Part shown: positions 45,423 through 53,765 of the stretch, piece by piece | Numbering within the stretch: position 1 is the first letter of the stretch | Layout: each line of letters begins with the position of its first letter | Made by a program: the position numbers and the translations under genes | Assembly (NCBI GenBank): GCA_005881825.1 | Contig: VBEO01000071.1 | Location: 1,021-65,020, forward strand | DNA: 64,000 nucleotides | Source of the DNA: Chloroflexota bacterium | GTDB taxonomy: Bacteria > Chloroflexota > Dormibacteria > Dormibacterales > Dormibacteraceae | Reading direction: 5' to 3' | The notes under the pieces: model-generated | The model's input: only the letters and a program-made list of their open reading frames with translations | Told to the model about the DNA's origin: nothing | Database searches by the model: none

Positions 45423-46405
45423 CCTGCCGGGCGGCGCACCTCTGCGTCCTCGGCGCGTGGCGTGGGCACGGACTCCAGGCACTCGCGAACCACGTCATCG
45501 GCTTTGACGCGCTGCACCCAGAGCTCGGGGCGCAGCGTCAGGCGGTGCGCGAGCGCGGGCACGGCCACCGCCTTCACGTCGTCGGGCGTCACGTAGTCGC
45601 GGCCGAGCAGGGCGGCCTGGCTGCGGGCGAGCTTGAGCAGCGCCAGCGATCCGCGCGGGCTGGCCCCGACCAGCACGCGGGGGTTCTGGCGGGTGGCGCT
45701 GACCAGGTCGACCATGTAGAGGCCGACGCTGTCGGCCACGTAGACGTCCTCGATCGCCGCCTGCATCGCGAGCAGCTTGGAGGCGTCGACCTTGGGCTGC
45801 AGCCGGACCTCGTCGGAGCGGCGATCCATCCGCCGGCCCAGCACCTCCCACTCCTCCTCGCGCGCCGGGTAGCCGACGCCCAGTCGAAGCAGGAAGCGGT
45901 CCAGCTGCGCCTCGGGCAGCGGATAGGTCCCCTCGTACTCGATCGGATTCTGGGTCGCGATCACGAAGAAGGGCGGCCGCAGCGGCACGGCACGGCCTTC
46001 CACCGTCACCTGGCGCTCCTGCATCGCCTCCAAGAGCGCGGCCTGGGTCTTGGCCGGGGCGCGGTTGATCTCGTCGGCGAGCAGCAGGTTGGTGAAGATC
46101 GGCCCAGGCCGGAATTCGAACTCGGATGTGCGCTGGGAGAACACCGAGGAGCCGGTGACGTCGGACGGCATCAGGTCGGGCGTGAACTGGATGCGCTTGA
46201 AGTCGATGGTCAGCACCTGGGCGAAGCAGCGCGCGAGCAGCGTCTTGGCCAGGCCTGGGTAGTCCTCGATCAGAACGTGGCCGTCGGACAGGATGCCGAC
46301 CAGCACCAGCTCCAGCGCTTTGCGCTTGCCGACGATCACCTTCTCGACCTCGGCCAGGACCTGCTGGGAAAGCTCCCGGACCTCCTTTAAGGTGACCCTC
46401 TTCAT
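45419..46405 (-). CDS. MoxR-like AAA+ ATPase
   Basis: EDYPGLAKTLLAR (Walker A), LLADEINRAPAKTQAALLEAM, ATQNPIEYEGTYPLPEAQLDRF. An alternative start is TTG 46414. Confidence 0.92.
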   Translation of the reverse strand: MKRVTLKEVRELSQQVLAEVEKVIVGKRKALELVLVGILSDGHVLIEDYPGLAKTLLARCFAQVLTIDFKRIQFTPDLMPSDVTGSSVFSQRTSEFEFRPGPIFTNLLLADEINRAPAKTQAALLEAMQERQVTVEGRAVPLRPPFFVIATQNPIEYEGTYPLPEAQLDRFLLRLGVGYPAREEEWEVLGRRMDRRSDEVRLQPKVDASKLLAMQAAIEDVYVADSVGLYMVDLVSATRQNPRVLVGASPRGSLALLKLARSQAALLGRDYVTPDDVKAVAVPALAHRLTLRPELWVQRVKADDVVRECLESVPTPRAEDAEVRRPAG

Positions 46406-46417
46406 GCCCGACAAAGG

Positions 46418-46966
46418 TTAGACCTGCTCGAGTGCGGCGACCAGTCGGCGGAGACGCGCCAGCGGCATGCCCGGCGCGTTGCGCTCGAGCGGCGGCTCGC
46501 GGTCGGGGTCGACCACCGCCCACAGCTCCTCGCCCAGCGCCTGGCGTGCCAGCCGCGGCTGGTCCTCCAGGGAGATGCCGCGGCGGGCGGCCAGCCGGTG
46601 CGCGGCAATCCGAGCCAGGTGCGGGCGCAGCCGGTAGTGCACGTCGAAGGAGGTGGTGACCGCGAAGTCGACCGCGTGCTCCAGCTCCTCGAGCGAGCGC
46701 ACGCGCTCGGGATGCAGGCGGGGCGGCCGGCGCCGGATTCTGGCGATCAGGGAAGGGCCGTCATCGACTCTCAGCCGGCGAAAGGCGCGGTCGGCCAGTC
46801 CCACCACTCCGCAGACGCCGAGCGTGACCACGTAGAGGTGAAGGACCAGGTCGGTTTGGCGGAGGCGCAGGAGCAGGTAGGCCGCCGTGCCCATCGTGGC
46901 CAGGACGGCGACCGCGCCCGCCCAACCGGCCAGTGTGGAGGCCGGACTTTCTTCCTCAGGTCGCAA
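46418..46966 (-). CDS. hypothetical membrane protein in the MoxR operon
   Basis: 182-aa ORF with a TTG start and two N-terminal helices. It overlaps the upstream gene by 11 nt. No family recognised. Confidence 0.5.
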   Translation of the reverse strand: MRPEEESPASTLAGWAGAVAVLATMGTAAYLLLRLRQTDLVLHLYVVTLGVCGVVGLADRAFRRLRVDDGPSLIARIRRRPPRLHPERVRSLEELEHAVDFAVTTSFDVHYRLRPHLARIAAHRLAARRGISLEDQPRLARQALGEELWAVVDPDREPPLERNAPGMPLARLRRLVAALEQV

Positions 46967-47846
46967 CCGGCTGCCCCACGACGGGCGCGTCAGGCGACGG
47001 CGTCAGCAGGTCCGAGCGGACATCCGCCAGCGCGTCCAGGGCGTCCGCGCGCATGGCTTCGTCGACCGGGTGCTGGCTGAACTTGGCGAACTGGTACAGC
47101 TCGGTCAGCCGGCGGATGGCCGCCTCGCGGATGTCCAGCTCGGCCAGGACCCGGGCCAGGTACTCCTCCGGCGTCTCGTGTCTCCGCCGCGGAAACTGGT
47201 GCACGGCCAGCACCCGCTCCATTCGGGCATAGGCCTGGATCACCGCCCGCCGCGGATCCGAATCGGTCCGCAGGTCGTCGAGAGCGTCGGCCACCACCTC
47301 GGCCAGCGCCTGTTGCACCTCGCGCTCCTCGCGGAGGCGCACCCGGCGCCGGCGCAGACGCTGCCAGCTCACCAAAGCCACCACGGCCAGGAGCAGGACG
47401 ACCAGGCCAAAGGCCAGCCAGTCGAACCCCGGCGGTGTGTTGGGGACGCCCAGCCCGGCCGCCAGCGGGTTGGGCCGGGCGGCGCCCGTGCCGGCCTGGA
47501 CCGCCTGGCCGCCGAGGAAGCGCTGCCGGAGCCGGGAGGCCAGCACCACCCCGATCCCGAAGACCAACGCCAGGGCCGCGTACTGGATCAGCAGGTGCCA
47601 CCAGGGCGGGCGCTTGATCTCGGGCATCCCGTACTCCTCGCGTGGCCAGAGCGCCCAGATCACCAGCAGCCCGACCCCAGCCTCGAAGGCTATGAAGAGG
47701 TAGAGGGTGAAGTCGACCAGCAGCCGCGAGAGGCCAGGCGTGACCGGTGGCTCCGACTCGTGGAAGAGCTGGGTCCGGCTGGCGGCCGCGACCACGACCA
47801 GCAGGAGTGCGACCGCACCGGCCACCGTAAAAACTTGCCTTTTCAT
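46956..47846 (-). CDS. DUF4129-domain membrane protein
   Basis: N-terminal TM helices and a C-terminal ETPEEYLARVL...LTELYQFAKFSQHP block typical of DUF4129. Confidence 0.7.
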   Translation of the reverse strand: MKRQVFTVAGAVALLLVVVAAASRTQLFHESEPPVTPGLSRLLVDFTLYLFIAFEAGVGLLVIWALWPREEYGMPEIKRPPWWHLLIQYAALALVFGIGVVLASRLRQRFLGGQAVQAGTGAARPNPLAAGLGVPNTPPGFDWLAFGLVVLLLAVVALVSWQRLRRRRVRLREEREVQQALAEVVADALDDLRTDSDPRRAVIQAYARMERVLAVHQFPRRRHETPEEYLARVLAELDIREAAIRRLTELYQFAKFSQHPVDEAMRADALDALADVRSDLLTPSPDAPVVGQPVAT

Positions 47847-48780
47847 GGCTCGGCCATCGTACGGCCGGGCTTATCCTCGGCCGGTGCTGCGCTCGGGCAC
47901 GCCTCCACCGGAAGTCGGCGCCCTGGCGCGCGCGCTGGGTGGCGGCCTGGAGCCGGAGCTGCTCTTCGGAATCGGCGGCGGCGCCGGGTTCGGGCGCTTC
48001 AACTACGGGGCGGCGGTCACCCTGCTGACACGGGTCTCGACCTCCGAGAACGAGCGCGACGCCTTTCTGGCGGTGATCTGCCGGCGGCTTCGGGTTCCCT
48101 TCCGTCTCCAGGTCGCCAGCAGCGAGCCCGCGGCCGTGAAGCGGCTGCGCGGGGCGCTGGACGCCGGCCTGACCCCGGTGCTCTGGGTCAACCCCGACGC
48201 CCTGCCCTGGCCATCGTTCCCCACGGCCTACCACGCGGTCGCCGTGCTCGAGATCACCGGCGGCAGGGCATGCGTCGACGACGGCGAGGCGCGCAGCCTG
48301 CCCGTGGAAAAGCTGCTGGCCGCCTCCGGCACGCCAGGCGCGCGCCATCGCACGCTGATCGTGGAGGCGCCGCCCAAGGCGCCGCCGCCGGCGGCGGCGG
48401 TGCGGCAAGGCCTTTCCGACCACCTGGAGCAGATGTGGGAGGGTTGGGGCCCGCCGACGGTGCGCTCCAGGTTCGGCCTGGCCGGGTTGACCGGCTGGGC
48501 CCGGACGATCGCCGAGGACAACGCCCGCGGCGAGGACCTTGGCTCCCAGATCCTGATGCGTGGCGGCGGGCCCGCGATGCGGCTGGCCCACGCCCGCTTC
48601 CTGGAGCTGGCCGGCCAGGCGGCCGCCGCCGCCGCGGCCCGCCGCTCGGCCGAGGCCTGGGCGGAGCTCGGCCAGTCACTTCTGCTGGGCGCGGCGACGA
48701 CGAAGCAGGTCGCGGCCGTGCGGGACACCGAGCAGGCGTGCCTAGAGACGATCGAGCGCGCCTTCCAGCTCCGCGTGTGA
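47845..48780 (+). CDS. BtrH_N / DUF4872-like protein
   Basis: ATG 47845 lies inside track ORF 47707..48780. The LLFGIGGGAGFGRFNY block and overall layout resemble BtrH-like proteins, from memory. Confidence 0.45.
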   Translation: MARPSYGRAYPRPVLRSGTPPPEVGALARALGGGLEPELLFGIGGGAGFGRFNYGAAVTLLTRVSTSENERDAFLAVICRRLRVPFRLQVASSEPAAVKRLRGALDAGLTPVLWVNPDALPWPSFPTAYHAVAVLEITGGRACVDDGEARSLPVEKLLAASGTPGARHRTLIVEAPPKAPPPAAAVRQGLSDHLEQMWEGWGPPTVRSRFGLAGLTGWARTIAEDNARGEDLGSQILMRGGGPAMRLAHARFLELAGQAAAAAAARRSAEAWAELGQSLLLGAATTKQVAAVRDTEQACLETIERAFQLRV

Positions 48781-49476
48781 GCTGATCACGGCGTCGGCCT
48801 CGGGGCCGTCCTCGAGGTCGTCGGCGCAGCCCGTGAACCGGACCACGCGCATGCCCGCGGAACGGGCTCCAGCCACATCGGTGAACTTGAGGTCGCCCAC
48901 GTGCACCGCCTCGGCCGCGGTCACATCCAGTCCGCTCAGAGCTCGCTCGAAGATCCGGGGATCGGGCTTGGGCACCCCGACCTCGTCCGAGAAGGCAAGG
49001 CCGCCCGGTTCGAAACAGTCGAGGATGCCCACTTCGGAAAGCTGCCGGCGGAGGACCCGACCGGGCCGGAAGCCGGTGTCGCTGACGATGCCCAGACGGA
49101 AACCGCGGTGGCGAAGGCGGCGCACCGCCTCCAGCGCCCCGGGCACCGGCGTGAGCGGCCCGTCGCCGGGCGGTGCCTCGATGAGCTCGAGCAGTTGCTC
49201 GGACTCGGTGGGGCCGAGGTCGAGGTTCAGCGCGGCCACCAGGTGGGCGACCAGCCCCTGGCTGCCGAACTGCTGGCCCGCCCGCCAGCGGCGGGTGTTC
49301 TCCTCTCCGGCCGCCAGCAGGGCCGCCTCCAGCTCGGCCTCGCCCAGGTCCGGCCGCCGCGGTGCCAGCAGCGCGTTGAGGCCAGGCAGACGGGTGGCGG
49401 CGCCGCCCACGGGTACGAACAGCGTCTGCCAGAAGTCGAAGGTCACGGCTCGCACGGGGCCGGGCACTCGCCCCAT
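48742..49476 (-). CDS. HAD-superfamily hydrolase
   Basis: VTFDFWQTL (DxD-type motif I variant), GIVSDTG, VPKPDPRIF, HVGDL. Confidence 0.8.
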   Translation of the reverse strand: MGRVPGPVRAVTFDFWQTLFVPVGGAATRLPGLNALLAPRRPDLGEAELEAALLAAGEENTRRWRAGQQFGSQGLVAHLVAALNLDLGPTESEQLLELIEAPPGDGPLTPVPGALEAVRRLRHRGFRLGIVSDTGFRPGRVLRRQLSEVGILDCFEPGGLAFSDEVGVPKPDPRIFERALSGLDVTAAEAVHVGDLKFTDVAGARSAGMRVVRFTGCADDLEDGPEADAVISSHAELEGALDRL

Positions 49477-49512
49477 GCTAGAAAGGAGGTGACAGAGCCG
49501 CTCCAGGAGAGG

Positions 49513-50568
49513 ATGGAGGATGCCCGCGAGGCGGGCCTGCGCTACGTGTCCGACGAGTCGCCAGGGATCCGCCGCCGGCGACAGGGCGAGGGTTTCAGCT
49601 ATCTCACGCCGGCGGGGGAACCGCTCACGGATGCCGCCACGCTGGACCGGATACGGGCGCTCGCGATTCCTCCGGCCTGGACCGACGTCTGGATCTGCCC
49701 ACTCGCCAATGGGCACGTCCAGGCCACGGGGCGCGACGCCCGCGGCCGCAAGCAGTACCGCTACCACGACCGCTGGCGCGAGGTGCGGGACGAGAACAAA
49801 TACGGCCGCATGGTCGACTTCGCCCGCGCCCTGCCTCGCATCCGGCGGCGGGTGGCCCGGGACCTCCGGCGCCGGGGGCTGCCGCGCGAGAAGGTGGTGG
49901 CCGTGGTGGTCCGGCTCCTGGAGATGACGCTCATGCGCGTGGGCAACGAGGAGTACGCGCGCGAGAACCGCTCCTTCGGGCTCACCACGCTGCGGGGTCG
50001 CCATGCCCGGGTGCGCGGGGCCAGGGTGGCGTTCCTCTTTCGCGGCAAGGGCGGCAAGGAGCACCAGGTCTCGATCGCCGACCGGCGCCTGGCCCGGATC
50101 GTGAAGCAGTGCCAGGACCTGCCCGGCCAGGAGCTGTTTCAGTACGTCGAGGCCGACGGGAGCCGCCATCGGATCGACTCCGACGCCGTCAACGAGTACC
50201 TTCAGGAGACCAGCGGCGAAGACTTCACGGCCAAGGACTTCCGGACCTGGGCGGGCACGGTCCTGGCGGCGCGGGCGCTGCAGGAACTGCAGCAGTTCGA
50301 CTCCGAGGCGCAGGCCAAGCGCAACGTGCTGGAGGCCATCGAGTCGGTCGCCCGGCAGCTGGGGAACACCCGCGCCATCTCGCGCAAGTGCTACGTGCAC
50401 CCGGCGGTGGTGGAGGCCTACATGGACGGCACCATGGCCGAGACGCTCAGGGGACGTGCTGAGGCGACCATGCAGCGCTCGCTGCACCGCCTGGCGCCCG
50501 AGGAGGCCGCCGTGCTGGCGCTGCTCCAGCAGCGCTTGAAGCGGGAGAGCCGCAAGAAAGCCGCCTGA
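49513..50568 (+). CDS. DNA topoisomerase IB (poxvirus-like bacterial type)
   Basis: IPPAWTDVWICP, GRDARGRKQYRYH, FRGKGGKEH, TAKDFRTWAGT, SRKCYVHP (catalytic Tyr context). Confidence 0.88.
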   Translation: MEDAREAGLRYVSDESPGIRRRRQGEGFSYLTPAGEPLTDAATLDRIRALAIPPAWTDVWICPLANGHVQATGRDARGRKQYRYHDRWREVRDENKYGRMVDFARALPRIRRRVARDLRRRGLPREKVVAVVVRLLEMTLMRVGNEEYARENRSFGLTTLRGRHARVRGARVAFLFRGKGGKEHQVSIADRRLARIVKQCQDLPGQELFQYVEADGSRHRIDSDAVNEYLQETSGEDFTAKDFRTWAGTVLAARALQELQQFDSEAQAKRNVLEAIESVARQLGNTRAISRKCYVHPAVVEAYMDGTMAETLRGRAEATMQRSLHRLAPEEAAVLALLQQRLKRESRKKAA

Positions 50569-50577
50569 CCGACCTCT

Positions 50578-50726
50578 CTGCCCCTCCCCCAAAACCACCC
50601 ACCCGGGGGATGTGGCGCGACGGTATTCGGCTTGCGCTTGGGCTGTCAACGCCAGCTGTTAAGGGTCCAAGTGCCGGCAGGTGGCGCCCACCGCCGGCTA
50701 CGGAGCCGCCAAGTGCCGGCACCTGG
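50578..50726 (+). repeat. copy B of the dispersed non-coding element
   Basis: Aligns with the reverse complement of 17924-18086. Lies in the convergent gap between the topoisomerase IB and tetR stops. Confidence 0.7.
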
Positions 50727-50749
50727 CGCGGCGGGGGCGCCGCCAAGGC

Positions 50750-51361
50750 TCAGGCCGAGAGGGTCGCCAGCAGCCGGCGGGCGGTGGCCTCGAAGCGGTC
50801 GGTGTCGCCGTAAGGGCGCGCCACCAGCATCGCCCCTTCCAGCGCCCCGATGATCAGCTGGGCCTCGCCGGCGGCGCTGCTCTCGTAGTGCAATGTCCCC
50901 TGCTCCTGCCCCTCCTCGAGCACCTTCTGCAGCCAGGCCTGGTTCTCGTCGAAAAATCGCACCACCGCCTGGCGCATGGCCGTTGGCAGCGTCGCGTAGT
51001 CGGCGGCCAGCATTCCGCACAGGCACATGCGCTGGTCCTTCAGCACCAGCGCGTACAGCTGCGCGTAGCGGTCCAGCTTCTGGCGCGGGTCCGCGCACTC
51101 CGCGTCGATGCCCTCCAGGGCCTCGCCGAAGCGCCGGGCATAGCGGTCGATGAGCGCCTCCCCCAGTTCAGCCTTGCCCGGAAAGTGGTAGTGCAGGCTG
51201 GCCTTGGTCACGCCCAGCTCGCTCGCCACGTCGGCGTAGCTGAAGCCGTTGAAGCCGCGGGATTGGACCAGTCGCTCGGCCACGTCCAGGATGCGCGCCG
51301 CGGTGCCTGTCGGCTCCAGCCCGTCCCGCACGCCGCGAATCCTCGGTCTAAAACTGCCCAT
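50750..51361 (-). CDS. TetR/AcrR-family transcriptional regulator
   Basis: ARILDVAERLVQSRGFNGFSYADVASELGVTKASLHYHF HTH. ATG 51361 lies inside track ORF 50750..51691. Confidence 0.9.
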   Translation of the reverse strand: MGSFRPRIRGVRDGLEPTGTAARILDVAERLVQSRGFNGFSYADVASELGVTKASLHYHFPGKAELGEALIDRYARRFGEALEGIDAECADPRQKLDRYAQLYALVLKDQRMCLCGMLAADYATLPTAMRQAVVRFFDENQAWLQKVLEEGQEQGTLHYESSAAGEAQLIIGALEGAMLVARPYGDTDRFEATARRLLATLSA

Positions 51362-51367
51362 TGACAA

Positions 51368-51387
51368 CTTACCTATTAGTAGGTAAG
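51368..51387. promoter_or_regulatory. candidate TetR operator palindrome in the divergent promoter region
   Basis: cttaccta-ttag-taggtaag (perfect 8-bp arms) immediately after a TTGACA hexamer (51361-66). A GAGAGGAGG SD precedes GTG 51420. Confidence 0.55.
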
Positions 51388-51419
51388 CATACCCCATTCC
51401 ATCGAGAGGAGGAACGCAA

Positions 51420-51788
51420 GTGGCCATCACCCACGTCGTGGAGCACAGGTCGTTCGCCAAGCCGGACGAGGTCCGGGAGTTCACCCATGGCCGCGCCGAG
51501 ATCGTCGACCTCGGCGGCCAACCCATCGGCCGGCTGGTGCTGGAGCCAGGCTGGCGCTGGTCCAACGATGTCAAGCCGATCGCCGGCACCGACCTCTGCG
51601 AGGCGCCCCACTTCCAGTACCACGTCAGCGGCCGGCTCGGGATCCGCATGGAAGACGGCACCGAGTTCATCGCCGGACCTGGCGACCTCACCTCGCTGCC
51701 GCGCGGTCACGATGCCTGGGTGGTCGGCGACGAGCCCGTCGTCACCGTGGATTTCTACGGCGCCAGCACCTACGCCAAGGGCTCATAG
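51420..51788 (+). CDS. cupin-domain protein
   Basis: 122-aa ORF with an SD 8 nt upstream. Beta-rich cupin-like pattern (HFQYHVSGRLGIRMEDGTEFIAGPGD). Confidence 0.6.
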   Translation: MAITHVVEHRSFAKPDEVREFTHGRAEIVDLGGQPIGRLVLEPGWRWSNDVKPIAGTDLCEAPHFQYHVSGRLGIRMEDGTEFIAGPGDLTSLPRGHDAWVVGDEPVVTVDFYGASTYAKGS

Positions 51789-51795
51789 TCAGCCG

Positions 51796-52662
51796 ATGCA
51801 AACCATGGGTGCGGCAACCGAGCTCGCCGTCTTCGACGGCGCCCGCGACGCTTACACGGCGGCGATCCAGGAGACTCCGGCGGAAGCTCTGGCCTACCTC
51901 CGACCTGGCGACGACTACTCGCTGGGAGGCCTGACGGTGCACGTCAACTACGTGCTCGAGCACTACCTGGGAGTGCTGAGGGCGATGCAGGCCGCGGAGT
52001 TCGCCGAATGCCGGCCGGAGGATCCGCCGGGGCTGGAGGAGACCGCCCTGCGCCGCGCCCGTGCGGGGCTGACCAAAGCGGAGGTCGACTCCGAGCTGGA
52101 GCTGACGTCGCGGCTGCACGGGGAGGTTGCGGACCTCGTGACGGGCATGGACCCGATAACGCGCACCGCACCGGTCTGGTACCCCGGCGGCAAGGAGGTC
52201 TATCCGACCAGTGGCGCGGACATCCTGGGCTGGCTGACCGGCCACTATCGGGAGCACATCCCCCACGTCGGTTCTCTCACCGAGGCCTGGCGGCGGGACA
52301 CGGAAACCGCCGCGAGCGTGGCGGTTGTGGAGCGCTTCAACCAGGCCTTCGGCAGCGGGGACGTCGACGCCATCCTGGCCCTGATGACCGATGACTGCAT
52401 CTTCGAGAACACGTTCCCGGCGCCCGACGGTGAGCGCGTCGTGGGACAGGCCGCCATGCGCCAGTTCTGCGAGACCTTCTTCAGCGGCACGGACAAGCCC
52501 CGGTTCTCGACCGAGGAGATCTTTGCCGCCGGCGACCGGGTGATCACCCGCTGGCGCTTCGACTGGGGCGAGGGCGAATCAGGCGGTCACGTGCGCGGGG
52601 TCGACGTCAACCGCGTGCGCGACGGCAAGGTTGCCGAGAAGCTCGCCTACGTGAAGGGCTAG
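51796..52662 (+). CDS. DinB-like N-terminal domain fused to a SnoaL-like domain
   Basis: ATG 51796 lies inside track ORF 51361..52662. The C-terminal half (VVERFNQAFGSGDVDAILALMTDDCIFEN...) is clearly SnoaL-like. The N-terminal call is weaker. Confidence 0.55.
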   Translation: MQTMGAATELAVFDGARDAYTAAIQETPAEALAYLRPGDDYSLGGLTVHVNYVLEHYLGVLRAMQAAEFAECRPEDPPGLEETALRRARAGLTKAEVDSELELTSRLHGEVADLVTGMDPITRTAPVWYPGGKEVYPTSGADILGWLTGHYREHIPHVGSLTEAWRRDTETAASVAVVERFNQAFGSGDVDAILALMTDDCIFENTFPAPDGERVVGQAAMRQFCETFFSGTDKPRFSTEEIFAAGDRVITRWRFDWGEGESGGHVRGVDVNRVRDGKVAEKLAYVKG

Positions 52663-52666
52663 CTCC

Positions 52667-53116
52667 TCAGACTTTTACGAGATCGCCGCGCCGGCCCCAC
52701 GCCGGGCCGGCGCCGGCGGATTCGCCGCCCGGCGTGAAGAGCAGGCTCGCCTCGCCGCAGGTGGCGCCCCAGGTCACGGGCAGGCCGAACTGAGCCTCGG
52801 CCTGCTCGGCGATCGCCACCCGCTCCGGCCGGGTGTCCTCCCGGAAGCGGGCGATCCGGCCGGCTGCGGCGGCGGCTCGCAGCGCAGCATCCGGCTCCGA
52901 TCCCATCTCGACCTCGGGCAGCGCCCCCACCACCTGGAGGCCACCGGGCATCAGCGTGACCGCGGCCGGGCCGTTGAACCAGGTGTCGGGGAGCCGCTTG
53001 GTGAACCAGGCGGCGATGGTCGCCAGGTCGGGTTGCTCCGGCACGATTACATGATTACACAACGACGGGCTCGCGCTCGAGGAAATATCGCCAGAGCAGC
53101 GCCGCGCCCACGGCAC
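52667..53116 (-). CDS. hypothetical protein
   Basis: Track ORF. The likely real start is TTG 53062 or GTG 53044. No family recognised. Confidence 0.4.
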   Translation of the reverse strand: MPWARRCSGDISSSASPSLCNHVIVPEQPDLATIAAWFTKRLPDTWFNGPAAVTLMPGGLQVVGALPEVEMGSEPDAALRAAAAAGRIARFREDTRPERVAIAEQAEAQFGLPVTWGATCGEASLLFTPGGESAGAGPAWGRRGDLVKV

Positions 53117-53738
53117 CGGCGGCCGGGCCCAGCAGATAGATCCAGAAGTTGGTGAGCTGGCCGCCGCCCGCAGCCAGCGCGGGTCCGAACCAGCGGGCGG
53201 GATTCATGGCCGCGCCGGTGATTGGGCCGCCTACGAAGATGTCTAGGGTCACCGTCAGGCCGATGAAGAGTCCGGCCAGCCGGGGCGCGCGCCCGTCGAT
53301 GGCGGTGCCGTAGATCACGAACATCAGAAAAAAGGTCAGCACCGCCTCCATCAGCAGTGCCTGGGGACCGCCTATCCCGCTGCCCGGTGCGGGCACCCCC
53401 AGGTTGACCGCGTGCAGCGCGCCGCCGGGGACCACAGCCTGGATCAACAGCGCGGCCGCGACGGCACCCAGGAGCTGCGCGACCCAATAGCCGGCCGCGT
53501 TCAGGAGGCTGATCTTGCCGGCGCTGAGCGCGCCCAGGGTCACGGCCGGGTTTAGGTGTCCGCCGGAGATGGCCACGGTGGCGCTGGCCATCACGGCGAT
53601 GGTCAGGCCGTGGGCCAGGGCGATGGCGACCAGCCCCGGCTGGTCCTTACCGAGGCTGGCGCCGGCGATGGCGCCGACGCCGACGAAGATGAGTGCGAAG
53701 GTCCCGATGAACTCGGCCGTATACGCTCGGAAATTCAT
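53055..53738 (-). CDS. MIP-family channel (aquaporin Z-like)
   Basis: Two NPA boxes (GGHLNPAVT, AAMNPARW). ATG 53738 lies inside track ORF 53055..55103. Confidence 0.92.
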   Translation of the reverse strand: MNFRAYTAEFIGTFALIFVGVGAIAGASLGKDQPGLVAIALAHGLTIAVMASATVAISGGHLNPAVTLGALSAGKISLLNAAGYWVAQLLGAVAAALLIQAVVPGGALHAVNLGVPAPGSGIGGPQALLMEAVLTFFLMFVIYGTAIDGRAPRLAGLFIGLTVTLDIFVGGPITGAAMNPARWFGPALAAGGGQLTNFWIYLLGPAAGAVGAALLWRYFLEREPVVV

Positions 53739-53765
53739 GACCGCGACGATAGCTAGCCTTGTCAG

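Noticed and set aside
53045-53059. Tandem gattaca-t-gattaca in an AT-rich patch at the aquaporin stop.
   Set aside because: It is only two 7-nt units and spans the stop codon and the next gene's start region. There is no evidence of function.
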